This document shows, one piece after another, positions 1-10,311 of a stretch of 64,000 nucleotides of DNA. The position numbers and the translations under genes are program-made. Under the pieces are notes generated by a model. The model made no database searches. It was not told where the DNA came from and saw only the letters and a program-made list of their open reading frames with translations. Each line of letters begins with the position of its first letter. The stretch's first letter is position 1. Origin of the DNA: an uncultured Actinomycetota bacterium (GTDB lineage: Bacteria; Actinomycetota; Actinomycetes; Actinomycetales; Dermatophilaceae); contig CAVQLI010000008.1 in the NCBI GenBank assembly GCA_963713345.1, forward strand, positions 530,606 to 594,605, given 5' to 3'.

Positions 1-1
1 G

Positions 2-1060
2 ATCATCGCCCAGCCCCTCGCCGGCGCCCTCTCCGATGCGACCCGCAGCCGGTTCGGCCGCCGCTCGCCGTGGATCGTGTTCGGGGCGCTCGTGGCCGGT
101 GGGTTCACCATCGGACTCCCGCTCGCCGGCTCCTCGCTCGCGATGATCACGGTCACGTGGGTGCTCATTCAGGTCGGTGTCAACGCGGTCCTCGCGGCGG
201 CGCAGGCCATCGTGCCCGACCGGTTCGCGCCGTCACAGCGCGGCGCCGCCTCCAGCATGGCCGGCGTCGGTGTCACGGTCGGCAACGCGGTCGGCGCCGG
301 CATCGCCGGTGGTCTCGCCGTCCAGGGCCAGCTCCCGTATGCGGTCCTCGGCCTGCTGCTCCTCGTCGTCGCCGGGGTCTTCGTCCTGGTCAACCGCGAA
401 GCCTCGAACGTCGACGTCCCGCGGGCCGCGTTCTCCTGGAAGGCCTTCGCCAAGGGGTTCTGGGTGAGCCCCCGCAAGCACCCCGACTTCGCGTGGGCCT
501 TCGCAGCGCGGTTCCTCATGGTCATCGGCTTCGCCGCCGGCACCACCTACGGCCTCTACACGCTGCGCGACTACATCGGCCTGGACGAGGCCACCTCGAA
601 CGTCGTCGTCGCCCAGATGGCCGTCATCCTCCTGCTCGGCACGTTCATCTCCGCCGCCGTGAGCGGGAAGCTCTCGGACAAGAGCGGCCGCCGTAAGCCG
701 TTCATCGTCTGGGCCTCGGTCATCATGGCCGCCTCGTTCGTCCTGCCGCTCGCGTGGCCGACGGTGACGTCGATGCTCGTCTACTCCTTCGTCATGGGCC
801 TCGGGTTCGGCACCTACATCGCCATCGACCTGGCCCTGATGACCGAGGTGCTCCCGGTGTCGGTGACCGGCAGCGAGGACTCGGCGGGTCGCGACCTGGC
901 CATCCTCGGCATCGCCACGACCATCCCGCAGGCGATCACCCCCGGCCTGGCCGGTGCGCTCATCACGATCTTCGGCGGCTACCAGGTCACCTTCATCGCG
1001 GGAATCGTGTTCGTACTGCTGGGTATCGTGGCCATCATCCCGATCCGCTCGGTGCGCTGA
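2..1060 (+). CDS. MFS transporter (5' truncated by window edge)
   Basis: Frame open from position 2 (IIAQPLAGALSDATRSRFGRR, MFS motif A); second motif GKLSDKSGRRK; many hydrophobic helices. Confidence 0.9.
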   Translation: MIAQPLAGALSDATRSRFGRRSPWIVFGALVAGGFTIGLPLAGSSLAMITVTWVLIQVGVNAVLAAAQAIVPDRFAPSQRGAASSMAGVGVTVGNAVGAGIAGGLAVQGQLPYAVLGLLLLVVAGVFVLVNREASNVDVPRAAFSWKAFAKGFWVSPRKHPDFAWAFAARFLMVIGFAAGTTYGLYTLRDYIGLDEATSNVVVAQMAVILLLGTFISAAVSGKLSDKSGRRKPFIVWASVIMAASFVLPLAWPTVTSMLVYSFVMGLGFGTYIAIDLALMTEVLPVSVTGSEDSAGRDLAILGIATTIPQAITPGLAGALITIFGGYQVTFIAGIVFVLLGIVAIIPIRSVR

Positions 1061-1082
1061 CCCGCATACCCTGACCAGACCA

Positions 1083-1116
1083 GCCGGGCCCCTCGCCGCG
1101 AGGTGAGGGGCCCGGC
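1083..1116. other. Strong intergenic stem-loop (terminator or mRNA-stabilising hairpin)
   Basis: GCCGGGCCCCTC (1083-1094) is the exact reverse complement of GAGGGGCCCGGC (1105-1116); stem extends 3 more pairs and closes on a GCGA loop; no U-tract. Confidence 0.65.
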
Positions 1117-1135
1117 ACACTCCCGAAGGACGCCG

Positions 1136-1939
1136 ATGCCGCAGTTCCGCACCACCGACGACGTCACCCTGTCCTACACCGACGAGGGCGACGGCGTGCC
1201 CGTCGTCCTCGTGGCCGGCTTCCTCGCCGCGGCGACGAGCTGGCACTTCACCACCCGCGCGCTGGTCGACGCCGGGTACCGCGTCGTCGCCTTCGACCGC
1301 CGCAACCACGGCGGCTCCGAGGCACCGACGCACGGGCAGCGGCTCGCTCGGCACGGCAAGGACCTGCACGAGCTGCTCGACGCGCTCGGCATCGACGAGG
1401 CCTTCCTCGTCGGCGGGTCGATGGGTGCCAGCTCGATCTGGGCCTACTTCGACCTCTTCGGGTATGCGCGCTGCCTCGGCATGGTCTCGGTCGACCAGAC
1501 CCCGAAGATGCTCAACCGCGACGGGTGGGAGGGCGGCTTCTACGGGCTGACGGCCGACAACCTCGGGACGTTCTTCGACGCCGGCATCCCGCCGACCGGC
1601 CGCGGCGCGCGGATGGACAAGACCATCGCCGGGGTGACCGCGATCGCCGCCGCGACCGGGTCGAACCCGATGGGCGCCGACGCCGCTGCGCCGACCACGC
1701 TCCCGCTGCTGCGCGACCACGCGGCGGCCGACTGGCGCGACGTCGTTACCCGCGCGACCTGCCCGGTGCTCCTCGTCGCGGGCGCCGAGAGCCAGTTCTG
1801 GCCGTCCTCGCACGCCACCGACATGGCGGCGTTGAACGAGGACGTCGAGGCGGTGGTCCTGGAGGGCTGCGGCCACGCGGTGAACCTCGACGACCCCGAG
1901 GCGTTCAACGCGACGCTGCTCCGCTTCCTCGCCGCTTGA
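1136..1939 (+). CDS. Alpha/beta fold hydrolase
   Basis: DRRNHGGS motif, nucleophile elbow GGSMG, C-terminal GCGHAVNLDDP; ATG at 1136 after GAAGGA. Confidence 0.9.
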   Translation: MPQFRTTDDVTLSYTDEGDGVPVVLVAGFLAAATSWHFTTRALVDAGYRVVAFDRRNHGGSEAPTHGQRLARHGKDLHELLDALGIDEAFLVGGSMGASSIWAYFDLFGYARCLGMVSVDQTPKMLNRDGWEGGFYGLTADNLGTFFDAGIPPTGRGARMDKTIAGVTAIAAATGSNPMGADAAAPTTLPLLRDHAAADWRDVVTRATCPVLLVAGAESQFWPSSHATDMAALNEDVEAVVLEGCGHAVNLDDPEAFNATLLRFLAA

Positions 1940-2136
1940 CGGTGATCGCCACGACGCCACGGAGGTTCGCGAGCCCCGCTCCTGGGTAGGCCCGTCGCAT
2001 GACGCGTTTCGGCTACACCCTCAGGACGGAGCAGAGCGCTGGTCCAGGTCGGCGACGAGCCTGAGTGCCGGCGGCGGGAGATGCGGGGGGCATCCCCGCC
2101 GCCGGTCACTCGCCGACGGACCAGCCTGGCCGACGC

Positions 2137-3690
2137 CTACAGCGTCGAGTGAGTCCGGCGACCAGCGAGCAGCGTTGCGGCGACCGGCATACCGCGGAGC
2201 GCGCGTGCCGCATCGCCTGAGTCCGCAGCCGTACCAAGGGGATCGGCGTCAAGCAGCACGACGTCGCCTCGACTGCCCACTCCGAGCGTCGGCTGACCGT
2301 CGGTGCTTGCGGCCAGCGCCTCGGCCGGGTTGAGCGACTCGGCCGGGTTCCACGGCTCGCGCTCGTCGACCGAACGGTGCACGGCCGCCGCCATGGCCAG
2401 CCATGGGTCGAGCGGCGCCACGGGAGCGTCGGACCCGAGCGCGAGGACCACGCCGGCGTCGACCATCGAGCGCAGCGCGAAGCACCGGTCGGCCCGATCG
2501 CCCCACAGGCGCAGCGTCGTGTCGCGGTCGTCGAGAAGGTGCGCCGGTTGGACGCTGGCCCGCACACCGAGCCGCGCCATCCGGGGGAGGTCCTCGAGGC
2601 GCACCAGCTGGGCATGCTCGATCCCACCCGTGGCGCCGGTCGCCTCGAAGGCCTGCAACCCGAGGTCGACCGCAGCGTCGCCGATCGCGTGGAGGGCGAT
2701 CTCCAGACCGCCCGCATGCGCCGTGGACAAGAGTGCGGTCATCTCGTCGAGGTCGTAGTTCTGCTTCCCACGAGTGAGGTGACGCCCGTCGGAGTCGGGA
2801 TACGGGTCGCAGCACCGGGCCGTGCGGGTGTTGAGGGAGCCGTCCGAGATCACCTTGAACGGACCCATGGTCAACAGGTCGCCATCCACGGCCAGCCGGT
2901 CTCCCGTCCTGATGCCGGCCGCCAGCAACCCGTCGAGCGCGTCCGGGTAGACCGAGGCGCGCACCCGGACCAGATCGAGCGAGTTCGCGAACCGGCTCGG
3001 CCACTGCCGGTAGCTGCTCGGCATCTCGAGGTCGACGACGCCCGTGATGCCGCGCGCGGCGGCGGCGGCCATCGCCGACCGCAGCGCCGTCTCCCCGGCA
3101 CCGGACGCCTCGATCTCCTCCAGCACGGCGCTGATCGACGACTGGAGCCTGAACCAGTCGTTCTCCTCCAACGGTCCGGTCACCCCGGCCACCCCCAGCA
3201 GCCCGAGCGCCGCACTGTTCAGCCACCCGTTGTGGGCGTCGCCACTGGTGAGGATCACCGGGACGTCACCGGTGGCGGCGTCGAGCTCGACGACGGTACC
3301 GATCCGGTCCCACGCACCCGACCGGTAGCCGAAACCGGTGACCAGCCGGGGCCGTTCACCGGTCAGTCCCGCGAGGTGATCGGCCACCCGCCGCGTCACC
3401 TCGTCCGGACCGGTCGTCCCGGCGAGGTCGATGGTGGTGCGGGTCCGGGACCATGTCGTCAGGTGGACGTGGTGGTCCCACAGTCCCGGGACCGCCCACC
3501 GTCCCGCGGCGTCGACGACGTCCGAGACACCGACAGCCGGAAGGTCCCGACCCACCTCGGTGACCATCCCGTCGGTGATCCGCAGGTCGACCGGCCGGTC
3601 GTCGGAGCCGGCTGGACGCATCCCGGCTCCCACCGGGACCAGGCGCGCCCGACGGACCAGTACCGCATGGGAGGACCGAAGCCGGCTCAT
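2137..3690 (-). CDS. Amidohydrolase family 3 (YtcJ-like) metal-dependent hydrolase
   Basis: PGLWDHHVHL, KVISDGSL, LHAIGDAA, IEHAQL and GSDAPV motifs. Confidence 0.9.
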   Translation of the reverse strand: MSRLRSSHAVLVRRARLVPVGAGMRPAGSDDRPVDLRITDGMVTEVGRDLPAVGVSDVVDAAGRWAVPGLWDHHVHLTTWSRTRTTIDLAGTTGPDEVTRRVADHLAGLTGERPRLVTGFGYRSGAWDRIGTVVELDAATGDVPVILTSGDAHNGWLNSAALGLLGVAGVTGPLEENDWFRLQSSISAVLEEIEASGAGETALRSAMAAAAARGITGVVDLEMPSSYRQWPSRFANSLDLVRVRASVYPDALDGLLAAGIRTGDRLAVDGDLLTMGPFKVISDGSLNTRTARCCDPYPDSDGRHLTRGKQNYDLDEMTALLSTAHAGGLEIALHAIGDAAVDLGLQAFEATGATGGIEHAQLVRLEDLPRMARLGVRASVQPAHLLDDRDTTLRLWGDRADRCFALRSMVDAGVVLALGSDAPVAPLDPWLAMAAAVHRSVDEREPWNPAESLNPAEALAASTDGQPTLGVGSRGDVVLLDADPLGTAADSGDAARALRGMPVAATLLAGRRTHSTL

Positions 3691-5099
3691 GTGGCGAGTC
3701 TGCTCGGTCGGTCGGCGCCGGGCTCGGGCGCCCGCTCGTTCAGCTGCTCCAGGGAGTGGCCGGCCGTGGAGACCCCGAACACGAGCACGCCGACCACGCC
3801 CGCGACCAGGACCGCACAGGTCATCCCGAAGACCCCGGCGAAGCCGAGCGAGCTCGACGCGAAGCCGATGATGGCGGGCGCGCTGATCGAGCCGAGCCGA
3901 CCGAACGCGCTGGCCAGACCGGTCGCCGTGGTGCGGGTCCAGGTCGGGAAGAGCTCAGGGGTGTACGCGTAGGTCGCGGCGATGCTGCCGTTGAGGAAGA
4001 AGGACAGCAGGGCGCCGGACACCATGATCGTCGGCGGCGTCGTGCTCTGGCTCAGCCAGAACGCCGCGGCCGCGCCGCCGAGGAGGCAGACCGCGATGGT
4101 GCGCTTGCGGTCGAGCCGGTCGCTGAGCCAGGCCCCGGCGAAGTAGCCGGGGATCTGGGCGAGGTAGATGACCAGGGAGAAGTCGAAGCTCCGTGTCACC
4201 GTGATCCCCTGCTGGATGAGCAGCGTCGGGATCCAGGTGAAGAAGCCGTAGAACGCGAAGACATTGACGAACCAGATCAGCCAGACGACGGCCGTGCGCC
4301 GACGCATACTCGGGCCCCAGAGGAACCGCAGGCTCGCCGTCAGCCCGACCTTCGTCACGACGACGTCCGCGTCCGACGCGCTCCCGCTCACCGGTGGCAG
4401 CTCCGCTCCCGTCGCCCGCCGGACCTTGTCCTCGAACGCGGTCACCACACGTTCGGCCTCCGCCCGGCGCCCGTGGGCGAGAAGGAACCGGGGCGACTCG
4501 AGCAGCGACCGGCGCCACCACAACAGCAGCACGATCGGGACCGCCGTGACGACCTGCGCCCATCGCCAGCCGGCGTCCGTAGCCGGGACGACGAACCGGC
4601 CGAGGAGGGCGGCGGCGACGTACCCGAACGAGAAGAACCCGGCGAGGCAGCCGACGAACCAGCCGCGGCGGGCCGGTGGGACGAACTCGGAGAGGTAGGG
4701 GGCGACGATCACGCTCTCGGCCCCGATGCCCACCCCGGCCAGGATCCGCGCGGCCGCGAACACCTCGTAGGTCGGCGCAAGGGCCGCCACCATGGTGCAC
4801 ACCGTGTAGATCGCGAGCGCCCACATCATGATCGGTCGACGGCCGATCCGGTCTCCAAGCGTTCCCGCGACCAGCGCACCGACCAGGTAGCCGGCCGGGC
4901 CGGCCGCCGCGAGCAGTCCGAGCGCGCCGTTGTCGAGGTCCCACTCGCGCGCCATGCTCGGCAGCAGGAAGGCCACCAGGGCGTTGTCGGCGCCGTCGAA
5001 CGCGTAGCCGAGACCGCCGATGACCAGCAGGGCGTAGTGGGGACGGCCGAACGGGAGCCGGTCCATCCGGGCGAGCAGCGACATGGCAGGAGCCATCAT
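3687..5099 (-). CDS. MFS transporter (aromatic acid/niacin/SVOP-like)
   Basis: GTLGDRIGRR, YLSEFVPPARRG, ESPRFL and YTPELFPT motifs; overlaps the amidohydrolase start. Confidence 0.9.
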   Translation of the reverse strand: MMAPAMSLLARMDRLPFGRPHYALLVIGGLGYAFDGADNALVAFLLPSMAREWDLDNGALGLLAAAGPAGYLVGALVAGTLGDRIGRRPIMMWALAIYTVCTMVAALAPTYEVFAAARILAGVGIGAESVIVAPYLSEFVPPARRGWFVGCLAGFFSFGYVAAALLGRFVVPATDAGWRWAQVVTAVPIVLLLWWRRSLLESPRFLLAHGRRAEAERVVTAFEDKVRRATGAELPPVSGSASDADVVVTKVGLTASLRFLWGPSMRRRTAVVWLIWFVNVFAFYGFFTWIPTLLIQQGITVTRSFDFSLVIYLAQIPGYFAGAWLSDRLDRKRTIAVCLLGGAAAAFWLSQSTTPPTIMVSGALLSFFLNGSIAATYAYTPELFPTWTRTTATGLASAFGRLGSISAPAIIGFASSSLGFAGVFGMTCAVLVAGVVGVLVFGVSTAGHSLEQLNERAPEPGADRPSRLAT

Positions 5100-5102
5100 C
5101 GT

Positions 5103-5780
5103 CTAGACCCAGATCGCGCTGGGCCATCCGTCGCTGAACACCTCGGGCGGGTCGGGCAGCGAGTCGGCCTGCCCGGACAGCACCCGTCGTCCCGACCAGG
5201 CGACCACGGCGGCGTCCAGGACGTCGTCGACCGCGGCCCCGACCACGTTCACGTCGACCCCGATCCCCACGGTGGCGAGGAGATCGCGGCGTACCCGCTG
5301 CCCTTCTGCGGTCTTCTTCGACGCCGCCAGCGGCCGTCCCGCGATCCGCGCGAACGACACCTCGGGGTGCACCTCGACGATCGGGTATGCGCGGGCGAAG
5401 GCCAGCTTCTCGACCTGCCGGAGCTTCGGCCTGAGGTTGAACGCCTGCGTCGAGATCCCTTCACCGGCTCGTTCGCGGTTCACGGTGCTCGCCCGCGCGT
5501 GCGTGTCCGCGTCGAGAGCCGCCCGGACCGGGGTCATGAACACCGAGGAGCGGCGTGGACCGAGTTCCTCTCGCGCCAGAACGTCCGCCCGGCGTCGCGA
5601 TGCGTCCGGCAGCCCGATCGGCATGTCGACGGCCACGAGGCCGAGCGGTCCGAGAGCCGACGCCCAGGCGACGAGGCCGTCGATCGTGGGCCCGACGCAT
5701 ACCTCGGCGTGGTGAAAGGGTTCCAGCGCAACGCCCACCCAGCCAGTCCGGCAGGCGTCGGCCCCGAGCACCACCGTCAC
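5103..5780 (-). CDS. DUF429 family protein (predicted RNase H-like nuclease); start uncertain
   Basis: LGADACRTGWVGV, VAVDMPIGL, VEVHPEVSF and DDVLDAAVVAWS motifs. Confidence 0.8.
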   Translation of the reverse strand: MTVVLGADACRTGWVGVALEPFHHAEVCVGPTIDGLVAWASALGPLGLVAVDMPIGLPDASRRRADVLAREELGPRRSSVFMTPVRAALDADTHARASTVNRERAGEGISTQAFNLRPKLRQVEKLAFARAYPIVEVHPEVSFARIAGRPLAASKKTAEGQRVRRDLLATVGIGVDVNVVGAAVDDVLDAAVVAWSGRRVLSGQADSLPDPPEVFSDGWPSAIWV

Positions 5781-5885
5781 CAGCGCCACGCTAGCGGCCC
5801 TGGCGCCTTGGCGTGGTTGGGGATTCGGTCTGCTGCCGAACGGCCCCGGCCGGCTCACCGCGACCCGTGACCCTCATACTGAGGC

Positions 5886-6734
5886 GTGGACAGCGTGGTG
5901 CCTCCCTCACGTCGGATGTGGCGGCTGGTCGAGCCGATCCACGCCGTCACCTACTTCGGCCCGGAGGCCCTCGACGCGCTGGCCCGGGCCGGGTACCGCG
6001 GGTTCTGGATGGGCTACTTCGCGGGCCGCCTCGCCCCGTTGGGGTCGGTGGGTCCGTTGGTCGCGACCGCGGTCTGTTTCGGGTTCGCGCCGTCCCGCGT
6101 CGCGAGGGCGCTTCCCGACGCCTGGTCGTTCGCCCCACCTGACGACGCTCTGGGTGCTCGACTCAGCGGCGCCACCGCGACGCTTCGGCGGGTCGGCGGC
6201 GAGATACCGGGACTCGAGGCGGCGGCCGACCTGATCTGGGAGGCGGCGCTCCACGCGGCCACCGCAGGTCGAGTGCTGGCCGCGGCCAACCAGGGACTCC
6301 CTCGGCCGGACGACCCGATGGGCGCCGTGTGGCAGGCGGCCACCACGCTTCGCGAGCACCGCGGCGACGGGCACAACGCGGCGCTGGTGGCCGCCGGCGT
6401 GACGCCCGTGCAGGCCCACTGGCTCAAGATCGCGGCCGGCGAGAGCGAGGACCAGACCCTCGCCGTCAGCCGCGGCTGGCCCGACGAGACCTGGCAGCAC
6501 GGACGACAAGAGCTGCAGGTACGCGGCTTGCTCGACGCCGAGGGCCGGCTCGCCTCCGAGGGTCGGACCGCTCGCGAGGTGATCGAGGCCGAGACGGACG
6601 CCGCCGCCGCATCCCCGTGGGAACACCTGGGCGTCAGCAGGACCGACACGCTCGCCCACCTCCTGACACCGCTGACCGACGCCGTCCGGCGGTCCGGGAT
6701 CCTCCCGTTCCCCAACCCGATCGGGCTGTCCTGA
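5886..6734 (+). CDS. SCO6745-family protein
   Basis: RRMWRLVEPIHAVTYF, YFAGRLAPLG, LREHRGDGH and SRGW pattern. Confidence 0.8.
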   Translation: MDSVVPPSRRMWRLVEPIHAVTYFGPEALDALARAGYRGFWMGYFAGRLAPLGSVGPLVATAVCFGFAPSRVARALPDAWSFAPPDDALGARLSGATATLRRVGGEIPGLEAAADLIWEAALHAATAGRVLAAANQGLPRPDDPMGAVWQAATTLREHRGDGHNAALVAAGVTPVQAHWLKIAAGESEDQTLAVSRGWPDETWQHGRQELQVRGLLDAEGRLASEGRTAREVIEAETDAAAASPWEHLGVSRTDTLAHLLTPLTDAVRRSGILPFPNPIGLS

Positions 6735-6735
6735 C

Positions 6736-7497
6736 GTGGCCGGTCGTGCGAGGAGCTTCGGCGCTGTGGCGGAGGCATACGAACGCTTCCGTCCGGGCTA
6801 CCCCACCGAGCTCGTGGACCTCGTCCTCGCGTACGGAGGCCGGCCCCTCCGCACCGCCCTCGAGATCGGCGCCGGTACCGGCAAGGCGACGCGCGTCTTC
6901 GCCGACCGCGGCCTCCTCGTCACCGCCACCGAACCGGACGCCGCGATGCTCGACGTGCTGCGCCGGCACGTCCCTGGGACCGTCGTCACGGTCAACGCCG
7001 CGCTCGAGGACCTGCGCCCGTCCACGACCTACGACCTCGTCTACGTGGCGGCGGCACTTCACTGGACCGACGCCGAAGGGCGCTGGCCACGCATCGCCGG
7101 ACTGCTCCAACCGGGCGGCACCTTCGCCTCCTTCGGGGGGGCGATGCAGCTGGCCGACCCGACGGTGGAAGCGGCGGTCCATGAGGCCCGCCGCCCCTAT
7201 CTGGACACCGACGACGTCCCCTCACCGGACGGCACACCACCGACGGAGCCGATGCAGTGGCCGGGCACCGAGCTCGAACGCTCGCCCCAGTTCGACGACG
7301 TCCAGCAGCACGTCATCGAACGCCGAGCCACCCTGTCCGCGCGAGACTACGTCGGACATCTCTCGACCGTCTCGGCCTACCTCCAGCTAGCGGCGGACCA
7401 GCGGCGTGGCGCGCTCGAGCGCATCCTCGAGGTCCTTCCGGACCCGGTCGAGCTCACGGCGGACATCACCCTGCACCTCGCCAGACGCATCCCCTAG
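6736..7497 (+). CDS. Class I SAM-dependent methyltransferase
   Basis: SFGAVAEAYERFRPGYP and LEIGAGTGKAT motif I. Confidence 0.9.
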   Translation: MAGRARSFGAVAEAYERFRPGYPTELVDLVLAYGGRPLRTALEIGAGTGKATRVFADRGLLVTATEPDAAMLDVLRRHVPGTVVTVNAALEDLRPSTTYDLVYVAAALHWTDAEGRWPRIAGLLQPGGTFASFGGAMQLADPTVEAAVHEARRPYLDTDDVPSPDGTPPTEPMQWPGTELERSPQFDDVQQHVIERRATLSARDYVGHLSTVSAYLQLAADQRRGALERILEVLPDPVELTADITLHLARRIP

Positions 7498-7562
7498 CAC
7501 CTGCGGCGCGGTCACCCGGTGAAGGTGAACGCGCGGCCGCGCGGACCGTGGAGGGTGGCTCC

Positions 7563-8972
7563 ATGGCGGAGAGCGATGACGCGAGGCAGAACGCCCTTTC
7601 GGGGGCACTGGCGCAGGTCTCGATGGACGGCGAGCTTCCCCGCCGCGAGGACCTCTGGCGGGTGTTCGACGAGCTCGACTTCCAGATGGCGTGCCAGGTC
7701 TACCTCTGGTCGCTGCCGCTGGTGTCGTACGCGCAGTGGAAGAACCAGCACTACGAGGTGTTCGGGGCGACGAGCTCCGACCTGGTCCACTACGTCAGCT
7801 ACCGCGACCGACTCGGCTTGATCACGGCCAACGCGACCACCCCCTACATCCTCAACTTCTTCGACCTCAACGAGACCGGGCCCCTCGTCGTCGAGCTGCC
7901 CCCCGGTCCGACCGCGGGCGGCCTGTCGGACTTCTGGCAGCGCGAGTACGCGGTGATCGGCGAGATGGGTCCCGACGCCGGACGTGGCGGCCGCCATGTG
8001 ATCGTCCCGCCGGGTCACGAGCCTCCGGAGGTCGGTGAAGGCTGGTACGTCGAGCGGTCCACCGGGATGAACATCATGTTCGGGTTCCGCACCCTCGACC
8101 CTGACCCTCAGCGGGCGCAGGCGTTGGTCGACGCCGTACGCATCTACCCCTACGCCGATCGCGCGGACCCGAAGCCGACGAGGGTCATCTCGCCGGACGG
8201 TCGAGCCTGGTCCGGGGACCAGCCGCGCGGGATCGACTACTGGGCGCGGCTGCACGAGATCTACCAGGGCGAGGTCGTCGACGAGCGGGACCGGTTCTAC
8301 CTGGCCATGCTCAAGCAGCTCGGCATCCAGAAGGGCGTTCCGTTCGCCCCCGACGCACGGCGGACCGACCTGCTCACGCGTGCCACCGCCACTGGTGAGC
8401 TGATGGCGCAGGCCAACACCTTCGCCAAGCGGTTCGACGGGTCGCGGTACTGGCCGGACCGCCAATGGGACCTCGCCATCGTGCTCGACAACTCCGCCCA
8501 GCGCGGCGAGGACCACGACGAGCTGCTCGAGCGGGCGTCCTGGTTCTACGAGGCGGTCAGCTTCTCCGTCGCGATGAAGAGCCAGACCCCTGGCGCGGGC
8601 CAGGCATACCTCGGCTGTTACACCGACTCGGACGGGGCGTGGTTGGAGGGTGGCCGCGACTACCACCTGCACGTCCCGGCGAACCCGCCGGCCAAGCTGT
8701 TCTGGTCCGCAACGGTCTACGACGTGACCACTCGCTGCCTGATCGACAACGAGCAGCAGCGAGGAGACCGCGGATCCCGCGACCCGGACCTCGTCACCAA
8801 CGACGACGGGTCCGTCGACCTCTACTTCGGTCCCACCGCGCCGGAGGGCAAGGCGTCCAACTGGGTGCAGACCATCCCCGGCCGCCACTGGTTCTCGTAC
8901 TTCCGGCTCTACGGACCGCTCGAGCCCTACTTCGACCGCAGCTGGAAGCTGGGGAACATCGACCCGAGCTGA
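7563..8972 (+). CDS. DUF1254/DUF1214 domain protein
   Basis: ITANATTPY, VPANPPAKLFWSATVYD, DGSVDLYFGP, NWVQT and FRLYGP motifs; ATG at 7563 after GGAGGG. Confidence 0.85.
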   Translation: MAESDDARQNALSGALAQVSMDGELPRREDLWRVFDELDFQMACQVYLWSLPLVSYAQWKNQHYEVFGATSSDLVHYVSYRDRLGLITANATTPYILNFFDLNETGPLVVELPPGPTAGGLSDFWQREYAVIGEMGPDAGRGGRHVIVPPGHEPPEVGEGWYVERSTGMNIMFGFRTLDPDPQRAQALVDAVRIYPYADRADPKPTRVISPDGRAWSGDQPRGIDYWARLHEIYQGEVVDERDRFYLAMLKQLGIQKGVPFAPDARRTDLLTRATATGELMAQANTFAKRFDGSRYWPDRQWDLAIVLDNSAQRGEDHDELLERASWFYEAVSFSVAMKSQTPGAGQAYLGCYTDSDGAWLEGGRDYHLHVPANPPAKLFWSATVYDVTTRCLIDNEQQRGDRGSRDPDLVTNDDGSVDLYFGPTAPEGKASNWVQTIPGRHWFSYFRLYGPLEPYFDRSWKLGNIDPS

Positions 8973-9020
8973 TCGCGTCCCCCGGAGCTCTGCGGGCACG
9001 GTTCGGGTGATGCTGGACCG

Positions 9021-9397
9021 GTGACCGCCGACCAGCCCGAGCCGCTGCCCGAGTCCGAGTCCGACCACGAGGGCGCTGCGGCGCAGCCGGACCTGGCCAC
9101 CTGGTCGCAGTCGGTCGCCTCCTGGCGGCGCGAGGTCCATGCGCTCTACGCCGAGGTCCGCGCCGCCTCGGATCCCGCTGCCGCCCACGCCGGCTGGGTC
9201 CGAGCGGGCCACGCTCTTCGACCAGCCGCACGGTCAAGGGCGCCGATCTCGGTCGCGAGGAGGACGCCTGGGTCGTCGATCTCAACGTCGCCTACAACCC
9301 CTCCTGCGCGTACGACCCGCGATGGGCCTGCCCGCTCGCGCCCGCCGGCAACCGGCTCACCGCGGATGTCCCGGTCGGGGAGCTGGTCGGTACGTGA
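9021..9397 (+). pseudogene. Internally deleted, frameshifted DUF1684-family gene
   Basis: N-terminus SVASWRREVHALYAEVR is joined directly to the C-terminus TVKGADLG...VDLNVAYNPSCAYDPRWACPLAPAGNRL in another frame (TGA at 9395-9397); the middle is missing. Confidence 0.8.
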
Positions 9398-9509
9398 CTC
9401 TTGGCGTCGACGGCCGCCTTCTCTAGGCTTGACGACCGGATGTGGGGGGACGCACCCCGCTTGCTTCCGTCGTCGGTGGGGCGCCCCGATCACCTGAGAG
9501 GGGCCCGCC

Positions 9510-10220
9510 GTGACCTCCGCATCGTCACTGTCGACCGACGAGGTCGACGCCAGCCGCACCGGCATCGTCTCGGTCCAGGTGGGCCGCGCCCGCGACTACG
9601 AGTGGCTCGGTCGACGACTGCGATCGAGCATCGACAAGCATCCGGTGGCGGGTCGGGTCAGGGTGCTGGCCACCCGGCTCGACGGTGACGAGCAGGCCGA
9701 CCCCGAGCACCACGGCGGACACGACAAGGCGGTCTACGCCTATGCGTCGGAGGACCTGCGGTGGTGGGCTCAGGAGCTCGACCGCCCCGGGCTGGACCCG
9801 GGCGCCTTCGGGGAGAACCTCACGACGACCGGCATCGACCTGCGCGACGCGGTGATCGGAGAGCAGTGGCGCGTCGGGTCCGCCCTGCTCCAGGTGAGCG
9901 AACCCCGCACGCCCTGCTGGAAGCTCGGTATGCGGATGCAGGACCCGCGATTCCCGCGGGCCTTCGCGCGCGCCCGCCGACCTGGCGTCCTGCTCAGGGT
10001 TCTCGAGCAGGGGGAGGTGTGGGCCGGCGCCCCGGTGACGGTCACGCACACCCCGGACCACGGCATCACCGCGGCCGAGGTCTTCGCGCTCTACGTCGGC
10101 GAACGGCAGGACGCTGATCGGGTGCTGTCGGCGCCGGAGCTGGCCGCCCACTGGCAGCAGTGGGCGGGCCACCGCACGGTCTGGCACCTGAAGGACGAAC
10201 GCGAGCTGCGCGACGCCTGA
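9510..10220 (+). CDS. MOSC domain-containing protein (YiiM-like)
   Basis: DGDEQAD, HGGHDKAVYAY, GAFGENLTT and VSEPRTPCWKL motifs. Confidence 0.9.
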   Translation: MTSASSLSTDEVDASRTGIVSVQVGRARDYEWLGRRLRSSIDKHPVAGRVRVLATRLDGDEQADPEHHGGHDKAVYAYASEDLRWWAQELDRPGLDPGAFGENLTTTGIDLRDAVIGEQWRVGSALLQVSEPRTPCWKLGMRMQDPRFPRAFARARRPGVLLRVLEQGEVWAGAPVTVTHTPDHGITAAEVFALYVGERQDADRVLSAPELAAHWQQWAGHRTVWHLKDERELRDA

Positions 10221-10311
10221 ACCCGCGTCAGCTGAGTCGCCCTGATCGCTACGCTCGCAAGGCCGTCCTCAGCCCGCACCGTCGCCGAACCCGCCGTCCC
10301 CGAGGAGCCTG

